IMG/VR virus record: IMGVR_UViG_3300034073_002585
Location: 64,001-128,000 of that record
DNA from: a virus
Reading direction: 5' to 3' (one strand)
DNA: 64,000 bases
Positions 54,888 to 63,958 of this stretch are shown here, piece after piece. A program made the position numbers and the translations under genes. Below the pieces are notes generated by a model. That model was not told where the DNA came from, did no database searches, and saw only the letters and a program-made list of their open reading frames with translations. Each line of letters begins with the position of its first letter. Positions within the stretch are counted from its first letter, which is position 1.

Positions 54888-55654
54888 TGAGTAATGCAGT
54901 TGACCGCAGTTTAACAATTATGGTTTATGGCGAGTCCAAGGTTGGTAAGTCCAGCTTTGCTGTAACAGCTCCATACCCACGCCTAATGCTCGACGTTGAG
55001 GGAGGCCACCGCTTCCTACCAATCAACATCAAGTATTGGGACCCGCTTACTGAGGAACCGCCACTAGCAGATGGCACCTGGGACACCGTTGTAGTCAAGG
55101 TAAATGACTATGACGTTGTCATGAAGGCCTTCCAGTGGTTGCAGTCAGGAAAGCACCAGTTCAAGTCCTTGATTATTGACTCCATTTCGGAGCTCCAGGT
55201 CAAGTGCATGGACAACATTGCAGGCACAGAGCAGATGAAGATGCAACAGTGGGGCGAGCTACTTCGCCACATGGGAGCACTTCTTCGTGACCTCCGTGAC
55301 CTAACAATGCACCCTACCCAGCCTCTTGAGGCTGTGGTACTGACCGCTATGGCACGTAAGGGTCAGGATGGCGTTTACCGTCCTTACCTTCAGGGCCAGC
55401 TAGCGATTCAGGCCCCATATTTCTATGACATTCTTGGCGCTATTACTGTGGAGACGGAACCAAATCCAGACCCACTACAGCCGCCGTACAAGGTTCGCAA
55501 GATGTATGTCGAGCGTACCCCTGAGTACGAGGCTGGTGAGCGCGTTCAAGGACGTCTAGGCAAGGTAGTACAGCAGGGAGACCTTGGGGTCGAACGCATG
55601 CTGGACATGGTCTTCGGAGAAAAGAAGACACAAACAACAAGTAAAACCAACTAA
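54887..55654 (+). CDS. AAA (Sak4-like) recombination ATPase
   Basis: YGESKVGKS, LDVEGG, IIDSISELQ. Confidence 0.8.
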   Translation: MSNAVDRSLTIMVYGESKVGKSSFAVTAPYPRLMLDVEGGHRFLPINIKYWDPLTEEPPLADGTWDTVVVKVNDYDVVMKAFQWLQSGKHQFKSLIIDSISELQVKCMDNIAGTEQMKMQQWGELLRHMGALLRDLRDLTMHPTQPLEAVVLTAMARKGQDGVYRPYLQGQLAIQAPYFYDILGAITVETEPNPDPLQPPYKVRKMYVERTPEYEAGERVQGRLGKVVQQGDLGVERMLDMVFGEKKTQTTSKTN

Positions 55655-55665
55655 GGAAGGCAGTT

Positions 55666-56199
55666 ATGACTACTGTTAATTTCGCAGAGCTCGTCCAGAA
55701 GGCTGGAGATGCTGCTGCAAGCACTAACTATGAACCACTACCAGAGGGAGACTACGAGCTAAAGATTCTTGACGCTCAGGCTACTCAGACCTCCACTGGT
55801 AAGCTCATGTTCAAGATTACGACTGAGGTCCAGGGCGGTCCGCACGATAAGCGCCGCGTCTGGGACCAGTGGGTAGTTACTCCAGACAATGAGACCGCTA
55901 TGAACATCTTTTTTGCAAAGGGTGCAGCTATCGGTCTAGGCAAGGAGTACTGGCTAGCAAACCCTTCACCTGCACAGGTGGAGCAGGCTCTTCAGGGCCG
56001 TACTTTCCGTGGCAAGATTGCTATCCGCACTTACCAGGGTAAGCAGGGAAACGAGATTAAGAGCTACTACAGCTCTAGAATTGCTTCCCCTTCAGCTTCA
56101 GCTGCTCCAGTAGCTGCAGCCCCTGCTCCAGCCCCAGCGCCTGCACCTGCTCCAGCTCCTGCATCTCCAGTAGCTGGCAGTGAGGACGCACCGTTCTAA
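55666..56199 (+). CDS. DUF669-like single-stranded DNA-binding protein
   Basis: YEPLPEGDY, TGKLM, AP linker, acidic EDAPF tail. Confidence 0.8.
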   Translation: MTTVNFAELVQKAGDAAASTNYEPLPEGDYELKILDAQATQTSTGKLMFKITTEVQGGPHDKRRVWDQWVVTPDNETAMNIFFAKGAAIGLGKEYWLANPSPAQVEQALQGRTFRGKIAIRTYQGKQGNEIKSYYSSRIASPSASAAPVAAAPAPAPAPAPAPAPASPVAGSEDAPF

Positions 56200-56211
56200 A
56201 CAATATGTAGA

Positions 56212-56241
56212 AGGCAGGGTGGCTCTCGGGTCGCCCTGCCA
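56212..56241 (+). terminator. Stem-loop after ssb
   Basis: GGCAGGGTGGC-TCTCGG-GTCGCCCTGCC. Confidence 0.6.
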
Positions 56242-56262
56242 ACTACTTAATTAGGGAAAATA

Positions 56263-57273
56263 ATGAAAATACTTTTTACTGGCATGGGAACTCACCACTG
56301 CAAAAAGCCAGAAAACGCTAGTTTCTTTTCGCTTTTGTCTGACATGGTAGAAAATTTTTCCCAGGTGGAGTGGAAGTCTCCTGACGTAACGTGGACTAGA
56401 GAGTATCTAGAATCCTACGATGCGATTATATTTGGCATGCTACCTCCAACCGCCCTGAGCGCAAATAAACTATATGGCGGATTAAATGTATTAGGTTTGA
56501 TGTTTGACTCGCCTAAACTAAAGCTAGTAGTAGATAGCCCACAAATTTGGCAATACAAAAACAGTATCTCGGCTGTTGCAAAAGATTATGGGTATTTGTT
56601 AAATAACGCTTATAATAAAAAAGAAGGATACCAGTACGCAAAAAATAACGAGTATATAGTGTCTCGTGCCTGTGCTCATATGTTGGTTTCCGAATGGCCC
56701 AAAATTCTATATCCGTCTTTGCCTTGGAACTCAGACAACAGGGTAGCTCAGGCTTTAAGATTTGTAGACTCTTCAAGCCTCGTTGGACTAAATCTTGACT
56801 CTAAATTAATTTTGCCAGAACCTACGAGGATAGGGAGAGAGGACTACTGGTCAGTAGAAAACCACAAAAATAGTTGGGTTGACTACATATCTAAGTCTAT
56901 GTCTTTCCCTATGAAGGCAACAAAGTCTGGAAAAAAGACAGACGATTTGTATGCAGCCGAGACTATAGAAAATGGAGTCGGGCTTATTGTACCGCCTCAG
57001 GAAAGAAACATGATTACATGGTGGAACTATAGACTAGTTCAAGCCATGAACACCAGTACCCCCGTAGTGACATATTGGACAGATACCAAGGACTTTGACG
57101 CCTCCTGGGCATCACTGGCGTATCAAGTAGAAGATATGTCAGCAGTAAAAAGACAGACACTTGCTTCTAGACAACGCGAGGTCTACTTGGAAAACATAGA
57201 CAGAGAAGAATTTGTAGTCGAAAAGCTACAAAATATTCTGCTAGACTCTAAAAAGGAGAGAAATTATGCCTGA
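56263..57273 (+). CDS. Putative GT-B-fold glycosyltransferase-like protein
   Basis: MKILFTGM N-terminus; GLIVPP..WWNYRLVQAMNTSTPVVT resembles the GT-B C-terminal motif. Confidence 0.5.
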   Translation: MKILFTGMGTHHCKKPENASFFSLLSDMVENFSQVEWKSPDVTWTREYLESYDAIIFGMLPPTALSANKLYGGLNVLGLMFDSPKLKLVVDSPQIWQYKNSISAVAKDYGYLLNNAYNKKEGYQYAKNNEYIVSRACAHMLVSEWPKILYPSLPWNSDNRVAQALRFVDSSSLVGLNLDSKLILPEPTRIGREDYWSVENHKNSWVDYISKSMSFPMKATKSGKKTDDLYAAETIENGVGLIVPPQERNMITWWNYRLVQAMNTSTPVVTYWTDTKDFDASWASLAYQVEDMSAVKRQTLASRQREVYLENIDREEFVVEKLQNILLDSKKERNYA

Positions 57274-57700
57274 AATAAATCGCGAATGGATTATCGAACA
57301 ACTTCAAGCTGCAAAGGTTAAGGTTGGTTCTGGTAAAGCTATTATGAAGCTTTTAGAAGCCTGGGAAGAGATTCCTGAACTTAGTGACAATATGAAAGAA
57401 GAAGTACTTAAGATTTTCCCTCTTGTTGCTAGAGGAGTGGTTCTTAAGGTAGAGGAAGATGACAATGACTACAAATGGGTCCCACTGCAACCAGGACAAA
57501 TCTCAGTCGGAGATGTCGTCCGTGTTAAAGCAGATGCTTATGAGGACAAGCTCGGACCCATTCACAACGGTCGCCGCGGCACAGTGGTTGCAGTCCGCTA
57601 TGGCGACGTCATCTTCAACGACACCGACGGGAAAAAGCCAGAACTAAAGGGTGCCCACTATTCTCCTTACAAGTTAGAGAAAAGAGTAAGGAAAAACTAA
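57266..57700 (+). CDS. Hypothetical protein with SH3/KOW-like C-terminus
   Basis: ISVGDVVRVK..HNGRRGTVVAVRYG. Confidence 0.65.
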   Translation: MPEINREWIIEQLQAAKVKVGSGKAIMKLLEAWEEIPELSDNMKEEVLKIFPLVARGVVLKVEEDDNDYKWVPLQPGQISVGDVVRVKADAYEDKLGPIHNGRRGTVVAVRYGDVIFNDTDGKKPELKGAHYSPYKLEKRVRKN

Positions 57701-57954
57701 TGCGTACTTCATTCGAGCTAAAAATTACTGCTAGTAATATTAAAGAAGCTAAAGCCACAGCAATCCAAAAAATATCTTCTTTTCTTTCTATAGAAGAGAG
57801 TAAAGTCTCAGATGAAGTAAATATGGAACTCAAGGTCTCTTATCCAGAGGCTAAGACACTGGCTGAAATTACTCAGGCAGAGGATTCAAATATATTTGTG
57901 GTGACAGTCTACGGTTCAGTGAAACAGAGTGTTGCAAAACCTTTTGGTTTTTAG
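57700..57954 (+). CDS. Hypothetical protein
   Basis: 84-aa coupled ORF. Confidence 0.65.
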   Translation: MRTSFELKITASNIKEAKATAIQKISSFLSIEESKVSDEVNMELKVSYPEAKTLAEITQAEDSNIFVVTVYGSVKQSVAKPFGF

Positions 57955-57989
57955 TTGACAAATAAATAAAATACTGCTAGCTTGTACCT
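57955..57989 (+). promoter_or_regulatory. sigmaA promoter for a leaderless mRNA
   Basis: TTGACA-17 bp (ending TGC)-TAGCTT-6 nt-ATG 57990, no SD. Confidence 0.75.
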
Positions 57990-58481
57990 ATGCAAACATT
58001 TGTACCCCTGCTTGGCTCAGCAGATACAGCCAAAGTGTTAGACCGTGCCCGCCTGAATAAGCAAGCTCTTGAAGGTTGGCAAATTCTAATGAACTTAGTT
58101 CAACTAGACCCTCAGGGTAACCACCGTATATCTAAAGGTTGGTCCAACCACCCAGCCGTTAAGATGTGGCGTGGTCACGAAGGCGCTCTCACGGTCTACA
58201 TCGTCAAGATGGTTATGGAATGGGAGAAGCGTGGCTATAAGTCCACTATTGCCAAAAAAGCTGTCACCACATACATCCAAGCCGTCAAGCTAGGTCGTAT
58301 TACTCAGGGCAGTCACCGTCTTCCTGCATGGATGAGAGACAAAGAACTTTTTGACCAGATTGCATCCAGTCACCGTATGGCTTTACTCAACAAAGACTAC
58401 GAGTGGTACAGTCAGTTTGGTTGGCCTGAAGATGCTGGCACTAGACCAGACACGTACGACTACGTTTGGCCAGTACAGTAA
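57990..58481 (+). CDS. MSMEG_6728-like / pyrimidine-dimer glycosylase (DenV)-like protein
   Basis: MQTFVP..LDRARLNKQALE..QI..GWSNHPAVKMWRG..SHR.ALL.KD..WY..YVWP. Confidence 0.8.
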   Translation: MQTFVPLLGSADTAKVLDRARLNKQALEGWQILMNLVQLDPQGNHRISKGWSNHPAVKMWRGHEGALTVYIVKMVMEWEKRGYKSTIAKKAVTTYIQAVKLGRITQGSHRLPAWMRDKELFDQIASSHRMALLNKDYEWYSQFGWPEDAGTRPDTYDYVWPVQ

Positions 58482-58530
58482 TTTTGTAATTTACGGTAAG
58501 GTTTACGCATAAGCTACTAAATTTGTAGCT

Positions 58531-58869
58531 ATGAGACGTAAAAAGCAAGTATCTGAGCCTGTTTGGCTTACCTGGGAGGGCGAAGATTTTCCTCGTAAGT
58601 TCCATTCTGACTCGGTAGTTTTTTATATTAGTGAACACATTTATTTGGATGAAGATGTTGTTGCCAAAAAGTCGCTGGCACGTCAGATACAACTAGAGGG
58701 GCTCTCCTACTCCTTGGGAGAATCACTTCGCCTTATAGAAGATTCCTGGGTAACAAAGGCTGGATACTATTTTGAAGATGGCGATGAGGACTATCCTGTC
58801 TACTGTGAAATAGATGATTTAGATATTGAATGGGATGCCACATTCGTGGAGGTTCCAGTTGTTTGTTAA
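58531..58869 (+). CDS. Acidic hypothetical protein
   Basis: 112 aa, probably leaderless. Confidence 0.65.
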   Translation: MRRKKQVSEPVWLTWEGEDFPRKFHSDSVVFYISEHIYLDEDVVAKKSLARQIQLEGLSYSLGESLRLIEDSWVTKAGYYFEDGDEDYPVYCEIDDLDIEWDATFVEVPVVC

Positions 58870-59311
58870 TAGTCCAGACTGGCACGAAGATGCCGAGTGC
58901 GGTAAGGTCGAGCATGCCGACAAAATGGATAACTTTTTTGCAAATAAGCCTTCTCAGCAATGGGAAGCAAAAAAACTATGTAATGTCTGCCCAGTAAGAA
59001 AAGATTGCATTAAGTGGGCACTAGATAATAAGCAGCTCTGGGGTATTTGGGGTGGACTTGATTCCCGGCAGATTAGAAATACCCTCTCAGTTAACTGGGA
59101 CGGTCAAGAGATGCGTTATAAGAGATTCCCGCTCTGCCCTAACTGCAGAGCAAAAACAGATAAACTAAAAACAGCGGTTGTTGATAGACCAGACGGCGGC
59201 AGATGGGCAACTATGCGTATAGTTGGCTGTACCGAGTGTCACTTTACTTGGCAGAGCCGAACCAGTGCAAATGCGGTAGATGCCTATCACGCACAGAAAG
59301 ATAAAAACTAG
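58859..59311 (+). CDS. whiB: WhiB-family transcription factor with C-terminal Zn ribbon
   Basis: W...AEC..FF..AKKLCNVCPVRKDC..WAL...GIWGG; then CPNC...CTEC; TTG start after GGAGG. Confidence 0.9.
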   Translation: MFVNSPDWHEDAECGKVEHADKMDNFFANKPSQQWEAKKLCNVCPVRKDCIKWALDNKQLWGIWGGLDSRQIRNTLSVNWDGQEMRYKRFPLCPNCRAKTDKLKTAVVDRPDGGRWATMRIVGCTECHFTWQSRTSANAVDAYHAQKDKN

Positions 59312-60390
59312 TCTTTTTGTTCGTAGTATTTCATATTTGCTTTTAAGCGCTCATTTTCTGGGTTTAACCTAAGAGCCTCGGTTCCGTAAATAAAAGCGTC
59401 TTCAACGTTTCCTTCGTAATAACTTGCAATTGCTGCCAAATCCCATGGTAGATATCCCCAGGCGAAAGCTTCACACAAATAATCTAGGGGCTTCTCTACG
59501 ATATCTAGAGCCTTTTTAGCGAAATGCAAGCAACTTGCCCAAGATTGGACAGAATACAGATGCTGAGACATTTCAACCAAAGCTTCCCTACGACCAGGAG
59601 CTTCTTTAATTGCCTGTATCAGCCATTCTTCTCGGTTGTCAGGTTCAATTTTGGCTAGGTACCTCATAGAAGCTGCTCTCTCTGGGGCCCAGACGGCAGT
59701 AGGCAGGCTCAGGTGGCGTTTAAATTGCTTAGCTGCCTCTTCGTATAAGCCATTAAAATAAAGCTCTCTAGCGTAATAATAGGCGTTTCTGTCGTCCTCT
59801 GGTCTTTCATCTACGGCCATTTTTAGGAGGGGAAAATATTGTCCACGCGACTTTGTATTGTCTGGGTGATGGTGAATTTCTAGTCCAATCCAACCCTGGG
59901 TTTCTTTAGTGTCGCCATATGTGCGAAGAACTTCGTGGACTGGGTGAGTCCACCTGTAGCCCCTGCGTGCATGAATCTTATCTCCGCCGTACTGAAGGCT
60001 TGGCACAGTTTCTGCCTCATCCAGCCAATTCCAGGTATATTGATATCTGGGACGTGTCCAGCCACTGGAAAGTGCATCTGTCAAGTGGTCCTTCCAACCA
60101 GGAAGAAGCACTTCATCCATGTCCAGGGCAATACAGTAGTCAATGTCCTCTGGAATGGCTACGAGCGATGCATTGCGAGCGTCATCAAAACGCCAAGGAC
60201 GCACTTTTACGTCAATCACGTTGATTCCAAGCTTAATTGCAGTTTCACGGGTGCCATCTGTACTACCTGTATCTGCAATTAAGAGGTAATCAGCGTCTTT
60301 TGCGCTCTCATACCATCTTTCGACAAATTGCTCCTCGTTGAGGGCAATTGTGTATACGGCTACTTTGGCTCTTTTACTCTTTTTATCCAT
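59308..60390 (-). CDS. Family 2 glycosyltransferase with TPR repeats
   Basis: IALNEE, DTGSTDGT, RFDDARN, LDMDE, HPVHE, TPR-like C-terminus. Confidence 0.88.
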   Translation of the reverse strand: MDKKSKRAKVAVYTIALNEEQFVERWYESAKDADYLLIADTGSTDGTRETAIKLGINVIDVKVRPWRFDDARNASLVAIPEDIDYCIALDMDEVLLPGWKDHLTDALSSGWTRPRYQYTWNWLDEAETVPSLQYGGDKIHARRGYRWTHPVHEVLRTYGDTKETQGWIGLEIHHHPDNTKSRGQYFPLLKMAVDERPEDDRNAYYYARELYFNGLYEEAAKQFKRHLSLPTAVWAPERAASMRYLAKIEPDNREEWLIQAIKEAPGRREALVEMSQHLYSVQSWASCLHFAKKALDIVEKPLDYLCEAFAWGYLPWDLAAIASYYEGNVEDAFIYGTEALRLNPENERLKANMKYYEQKD

Positions 60391-60950
60391 ATTTGTAGTC
60401 CATTGTCTATAACTTGAAACTCATTAGAATAGCACGCCACAATACCGTCAACAGCTGGCTTTGGGTCTGCCCAGATGCCTTTACCTTGAGTCCATAGGTA
60501 GTCATCAAATGCTACAATCCCGCCTAACCCGACGCGGTGTACTGCATTTATGCCATCTTTTAGTACCTGAGGTGCCTCATGTCCTCCGTCAATATATATG
60601 AAATGAAAACCTCTTTTACCTTCTTCACTTGCAAAAAAGCTGTCGCTGGTGCCTTTGTAAACTTTAAGTCTTCCAGACTTTAATTTTTCAGCGTGTCTTT
60701 CCAGGTAAGTATCTTCTACTGATTTCCAATCTATAGTTTTGTGCTCTGATTCATCTGAACCCTCCCATGTGTCTACATCTAAAAGAGTCGACTCTGGGTG
60801 GGTCAAGACATTATCAAAAAGCCACTGGGTAGCATCTCCAGTGTATGCTCCTATTTGGAGGCACTGGATTGGTTGACCAGCGTACGGCATTAAATTTCTG
60901 AAGAAATAGACATCTGCTTTCCCTCTAATAAACCAGTTGGCGTATTCCAT
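60360..60950 (-). CDS. Class I SAM-dependent methyltransferase
   Basis: LQIGAYTGD, VDTWEGS, FIYIDGGH, GGIVAFDDY. Confidence 0.85.
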   Translation of the reverse strand: MEYANWFIRGKADVYFFRNLMPYAGQPIQCLQIGAYTGDATQWLFDNVLTHPESTLLDVDTWEGSDESEHKTIDWKSVEDTYLERHAEKLKSGRLKVYKGTSDSFFASEEGKRGFHFIYIDGGHEAPQVLKDGINAVHRVGLGGIVAFDDYLWTQGKGIWADPKPAVDGIVACYSNEFQVIDNGLQIWIKRVKEPK

Positions 60951-60954
60951 TAAT

Positions 60955-61158
60955 CTACCTTCTTCCCCACTTAACAAAATTCCATCCACGTTCATGTAAA
61001 TAATAAAGTACAGTCTTTGTTAAGACTTCCAGTGAAGCTATAGATGCTGCTGCAACTGGTTCTTTAGTTATTAGCCATGCTATTAGAAATGTGTCGGCAG
61101 TTCCTATAGCTCTCCATGAGAGTGCCTTTGCTGCAGACCTAGCTCTAGTTACTTTCAT
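60955..61158 (-). CDS. DUF2061-like membrane protein
   Basis: RSAAKALSWR.IGT..YYLHERGW. Confidence 0.8.
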   Translation of the reverse strand: MKVTRARSAAKALSWRAIGTADTFLIAWLITKEPVAAASIASLEVLTKTVLYYLHERGWNFVKWGRR

Positions 61159-61922
61159 ATTCCTAATTCTTTTCGTTTTTGGGTAGCAGATATGGATTGA
61201 AGTTCAGCACTAAGCTCTACTTTCTCAATCCTATATCCAACGTCTCTTCCATAAATAATATTAGTTATATTAGGCAATCTTAATATCACAGTATTACTCT
61301 CACTGCTTTTACTGTTTTGTTTCATATAAACAACAACTTCATCAACACTCAGGGGGTCTTTTTCTGAAGTTAAATGGGTATCCCTAATTCCCACTAAAAC
61401 CTGTTCTGTTCGTAGGTGCGCCTGAGTCTTCAACGCTTCGTGTCCCTCATGCCATGGTTGATATCTTCCAAGCATTAACGTAGTAGGAAGTTTCCAGTCA
61501 ACGAGATTTAATAGGCCCAGGACCGCGTCTTTTTCTTCATCTAGCGTTAGACCGTTTTTTATTTCTAAGCTATAAAAAGTAGATTCTGGTGATTCCCAAA
61601 TAGAGTTGGTGTCCTCGTATCTGCTTTTATCTACTCTATTTATGTAGATTTTAAAGTCTGAATCTCCGAACGCTAGTCTTGTCTGTTTAGTAGGATTTAC
61701 AAAATCCACGAAAACTAACTTACCCTGATTGGAAAGAAGTCTAGCAATTGCCCCCAATCTCCTGGCGTGCTCCACTCTATCCTCTAAAGAAAATCCCAGG
61801 TCCGAGCTCAAGTCAGCTCTAATTTCATCAGCATTTATATGTATAGCATCAGTGTGCTCTAAAAGTTTTTTGCATAAAGATGTTTTTCCAGAACCAGGAA
61901 GCCCGAAAAAAACTACAATCAT
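61155..61922 (-). CDS. Adenylylsulfate kinase-like domain fused to HxGH nucleotidyltransferase
   Basis: GLPGSGKT, NADEIR..LGFSLEDR (CysC-like); GRYQPWHEGH, ISATQKR. Confidence 0.8.
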   Translation of the reverse strand: MIVVFFGLPGSGKTSLCKKLLEHTDAIHINADEIRADLSSDLGFSLEDRVEHARRLGAIARLLSNQGKLVFVDFVNPTKQTRLAFGDSDFKIYINRVDKSRYEDTNSIWESPESTFYSLEIKNGLTLDEEKDAVLGLLNLVDWKLPTTLMLGRYQPWHEGHEALKTQAHLRTEQVLVGIRDTHLTSEKDPLSVDEVVVYMKQNSKSSESNTVILRLPNITNIIYGRDVGYRIEKVELSAELQSISATQKRKELGI

Positions 61923-61923
61923 T

Positions 61924-62550
61924 TTAATACCTATCTTTTAACTTTTCGTATAAATCTTTAATCTGCAACATTTCCATAGAGTTAGAGTAGCCATAGAGGA
62001 CCTCGGCAACTTCGTCGTAGAAAGGAGATTTCTTTCTAGGAACATGTCCTACCTCTAAATACATACTAGGGTCAATTGTGGAAATCTCACCTAATTCAAA
62101 GTTTCTATAGACCTCATCATTAGGCATTGTTTTTTCTCGCTTATTGTTAGCGAGCTCGGGATAGAAAGTCTCTAATTTTGTGAAAAAAGTGTCTACATCC
62201 TGAGTAAATTCTTCAAATACTGCAACAAAAAAATTTTCATGGTTGTAGACAAAATTCCATAGCTCGCTTAATTCATTAATTTTTCCCTTTACTTCCTGGG
62301 AAGCTGAAAAATTATCACTCAGTTTTTTAGCATGAACATGATGTGATATAAGGGTATCTACAGGGTCTCTAAGTGGAACTATAAAAGGATGAGAAAGACC
62401 ACCTGATATATAGTTTTTATGGTGAACCACGGAGTGAAGAGCATAGTTTTTATTTTCTATGTGATTTAAAAAATATCTATTTTTTAGGTGATGCATTAAA
62501 AAATTGTGGCCAGAGCGCTGAAACCCAGCTACGATTAAGTTTTCAATCAT
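61924..62550 (-). CDS. Sulfotransferase-like protein
   Basis: GFQRSGHNFL (5'-PSB loop), LRDPVDTLIS (3'-PB). Confidence 0.7.
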   Translation of the reverse strand: MIENLIVAGFQRSGHNFLMHHLKNRYFLNHIENKNYALHSVVHHKNYISGGLSHPFIVPLRDPVDTLISHHVHAKKLSDNFSASQEVKGKINELSELWNFVYNHENFFVAVFEEFTQDVDTFFTKLETFYPELANNKREKTMPNDEVYRNFELGEISTIDPSMYLEVGHVPRKKSPFYDEVAEVLYGYSNSMEMLQIKDLYEKLKDRY

Positions 62551-63749
62551 TTACCTAGTCCAAGTACTGAAATGTTTTCCCTAAGTTCATAGCTTCCCCC
62601 TATAAGCATAGTTAGAAGCCCTGGCTTAGATTCAACTCCAGCTCGGTCCCTAAACCACTCACTACCTGGGTCCGTGGTCGGAGCTTGAACCCAGAGGCGC
62701 TCTCCGATATCCATAGTGCGGAAGTTGTGGAAGTGTCCAGAAATCCAAAGGTCAGCAGCGCCTAGTGCAGTCTGTCCAGCGGCATGCTGAGAGAGAAATT
62801 TCATAGTATTATTCTGACCAGCTTGATGCCCGTGGAACATTCCAAGCATAGTTCCTTCAATATCTATAGTGAGAGTCTGATGCCCCGTGTTCGGGTAGCG
62901 AAACTCTACATGGGACAGCTCTGGGTTTTCTGCGCAAATGTCTTGTACAGCAGAGGCAATCTCAACGTTCCATCCGTCAGCGGGGTCCGTGACAACCTGA
63001 CGAGTTGCCTCGTCGTGGTTTCCGTTGATGACTGGCACAATTAGCCTGTCTACCAATGGGGCAAAAGCTTTTACCTGAGCCAACAACAACCTACGTGCCA
63101 CACGCGTCTGCTCCGTGATTCCGAGGTCTGATGCTGCCTGACCCTGTAGTCGTCCGTTCTGGCTAGTTGTGCCCTCTACGTGGTCACCAAGAAGGGCTAG
63201 CGCTATAGTACCTGGATTGATTCCAGCTTTCAGGTTTTGCTGGAAACGGTGTACAGCTTTTTCTGTAAGAGATAGGATTCGGTCTACTGACTGACCTGTG
63301 CCCTGACCGTTTGCCTTCTTACCAATCTGCTGGTCGCTAGGAGCAACCAAAAAAGCGCCCTCGCCAGTGGACTTCTTAGTCCCCTTGCCAGGACGCCATT
63401 TCTTAATGTGGTCTACGAGTTGTTCTATGTCTACTAAGTCGGAGACAGAGGCTACAGCTGGAACAACATTGACCCTAACTGACTCAAGCCACTCGCCGTC
63501 ATACTTCTGCCATTTACCTCTACGTAGTGAAGTAACGCACCATTCATTCGGGTTTAGTCCGAATTCTTCTAGAACAGTAGTGGCGTCTACTGCGTCGCCT
63601 TCAGCTCTAGGAGTTCCGACTACAAAGCCGCCTTTGGTGGTATCAATGTCCATCCTTGGACGCCAGTCCTCTGGCTGCTTAGTGGCTCGCACGTCTGAAC
63701 CACTGTGTCCAGGCATACGAAGTTTCTCTAGTTTTTCTGACAGGCTCAC
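62547..63749 (-). CDS. Metallophosphoesterase/nuclease
   Basis: SDQQIGK, LGDHVEG, GNHDE, FHGH, SGHFH. Confidence 0.8.
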   Translation of the reverse strand: MSLSEKLEKLRMPGHSGSDVRATKQPEDWRPRMDIDTTKGGFVVGTPRAEGDAVDATTVLEEFGLNPNEWCVTSLRRGKWQKYDGEWLESVRVNVVPAVASVSDLVDIEQLVDHIKKWRPGKGTKKSTGEGAFLVAPSDQQIGKKANGQGTGQSVDRILSLTEKAVHRFQQNLKAGINPGTIALALLGDHVEGTTSQNGRLQGQAASDLGITEQTRVARRLLLAQVKAFAPLVDRLIVPVINGNHDEATRQVVTDPADGWNVEIASAVQDICAENPELSHVEFRYPNTGHQTLTIDIEGTMLGMFHGHQAGQNNTMKFLSQHAAGQTALGAADLWISGHFHNFRTMDIGERLWVQAPTTDPGSEWFRDRAGVESKPGLLTMLIGGSYELRENISVLGLGK

Positions 63750-63757
63750 AGTTCTCC

Positions 63758-63958
63758 CTACTTTAGCCTATTGCACGAACATAATCCGCGCCTGTGTCTA
63801 TCTACCGCACTTGGGCTGACGTCATACCCTTCTTCACGAAGAGCATAAGCCAATCGGATGTTCGGCACGTGTTCTTCGTCACCAGGACGAGAATTAATAA
63901 TTCGGATAACGGCGTTTACGTCATCTTCTGAAAGCTTCGGGTCGTAAGTAACCTGCAT
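63758..63958 (-). CDS. Small hypothetical protein
   Basis: C-terminal RHRRGLCSC motif, typical of the gene upstream of such phosphoesterases in actinophages. Confidence 0.6.
   Translation of the reverse strand: MQVTYDPKLSEDDVNAVIRIINSRPGDEEHVPNIRLAYALREEGYDVSPSAVDRHRRGLCSCNRLK

Noticed and set aside
12489-55724. Numerous minus-strand and nested ORFs overlapping katG, structural and replication genes
   Set aside because: Shadow ORFs produced by codon bias of well-supported plus-strand genes.
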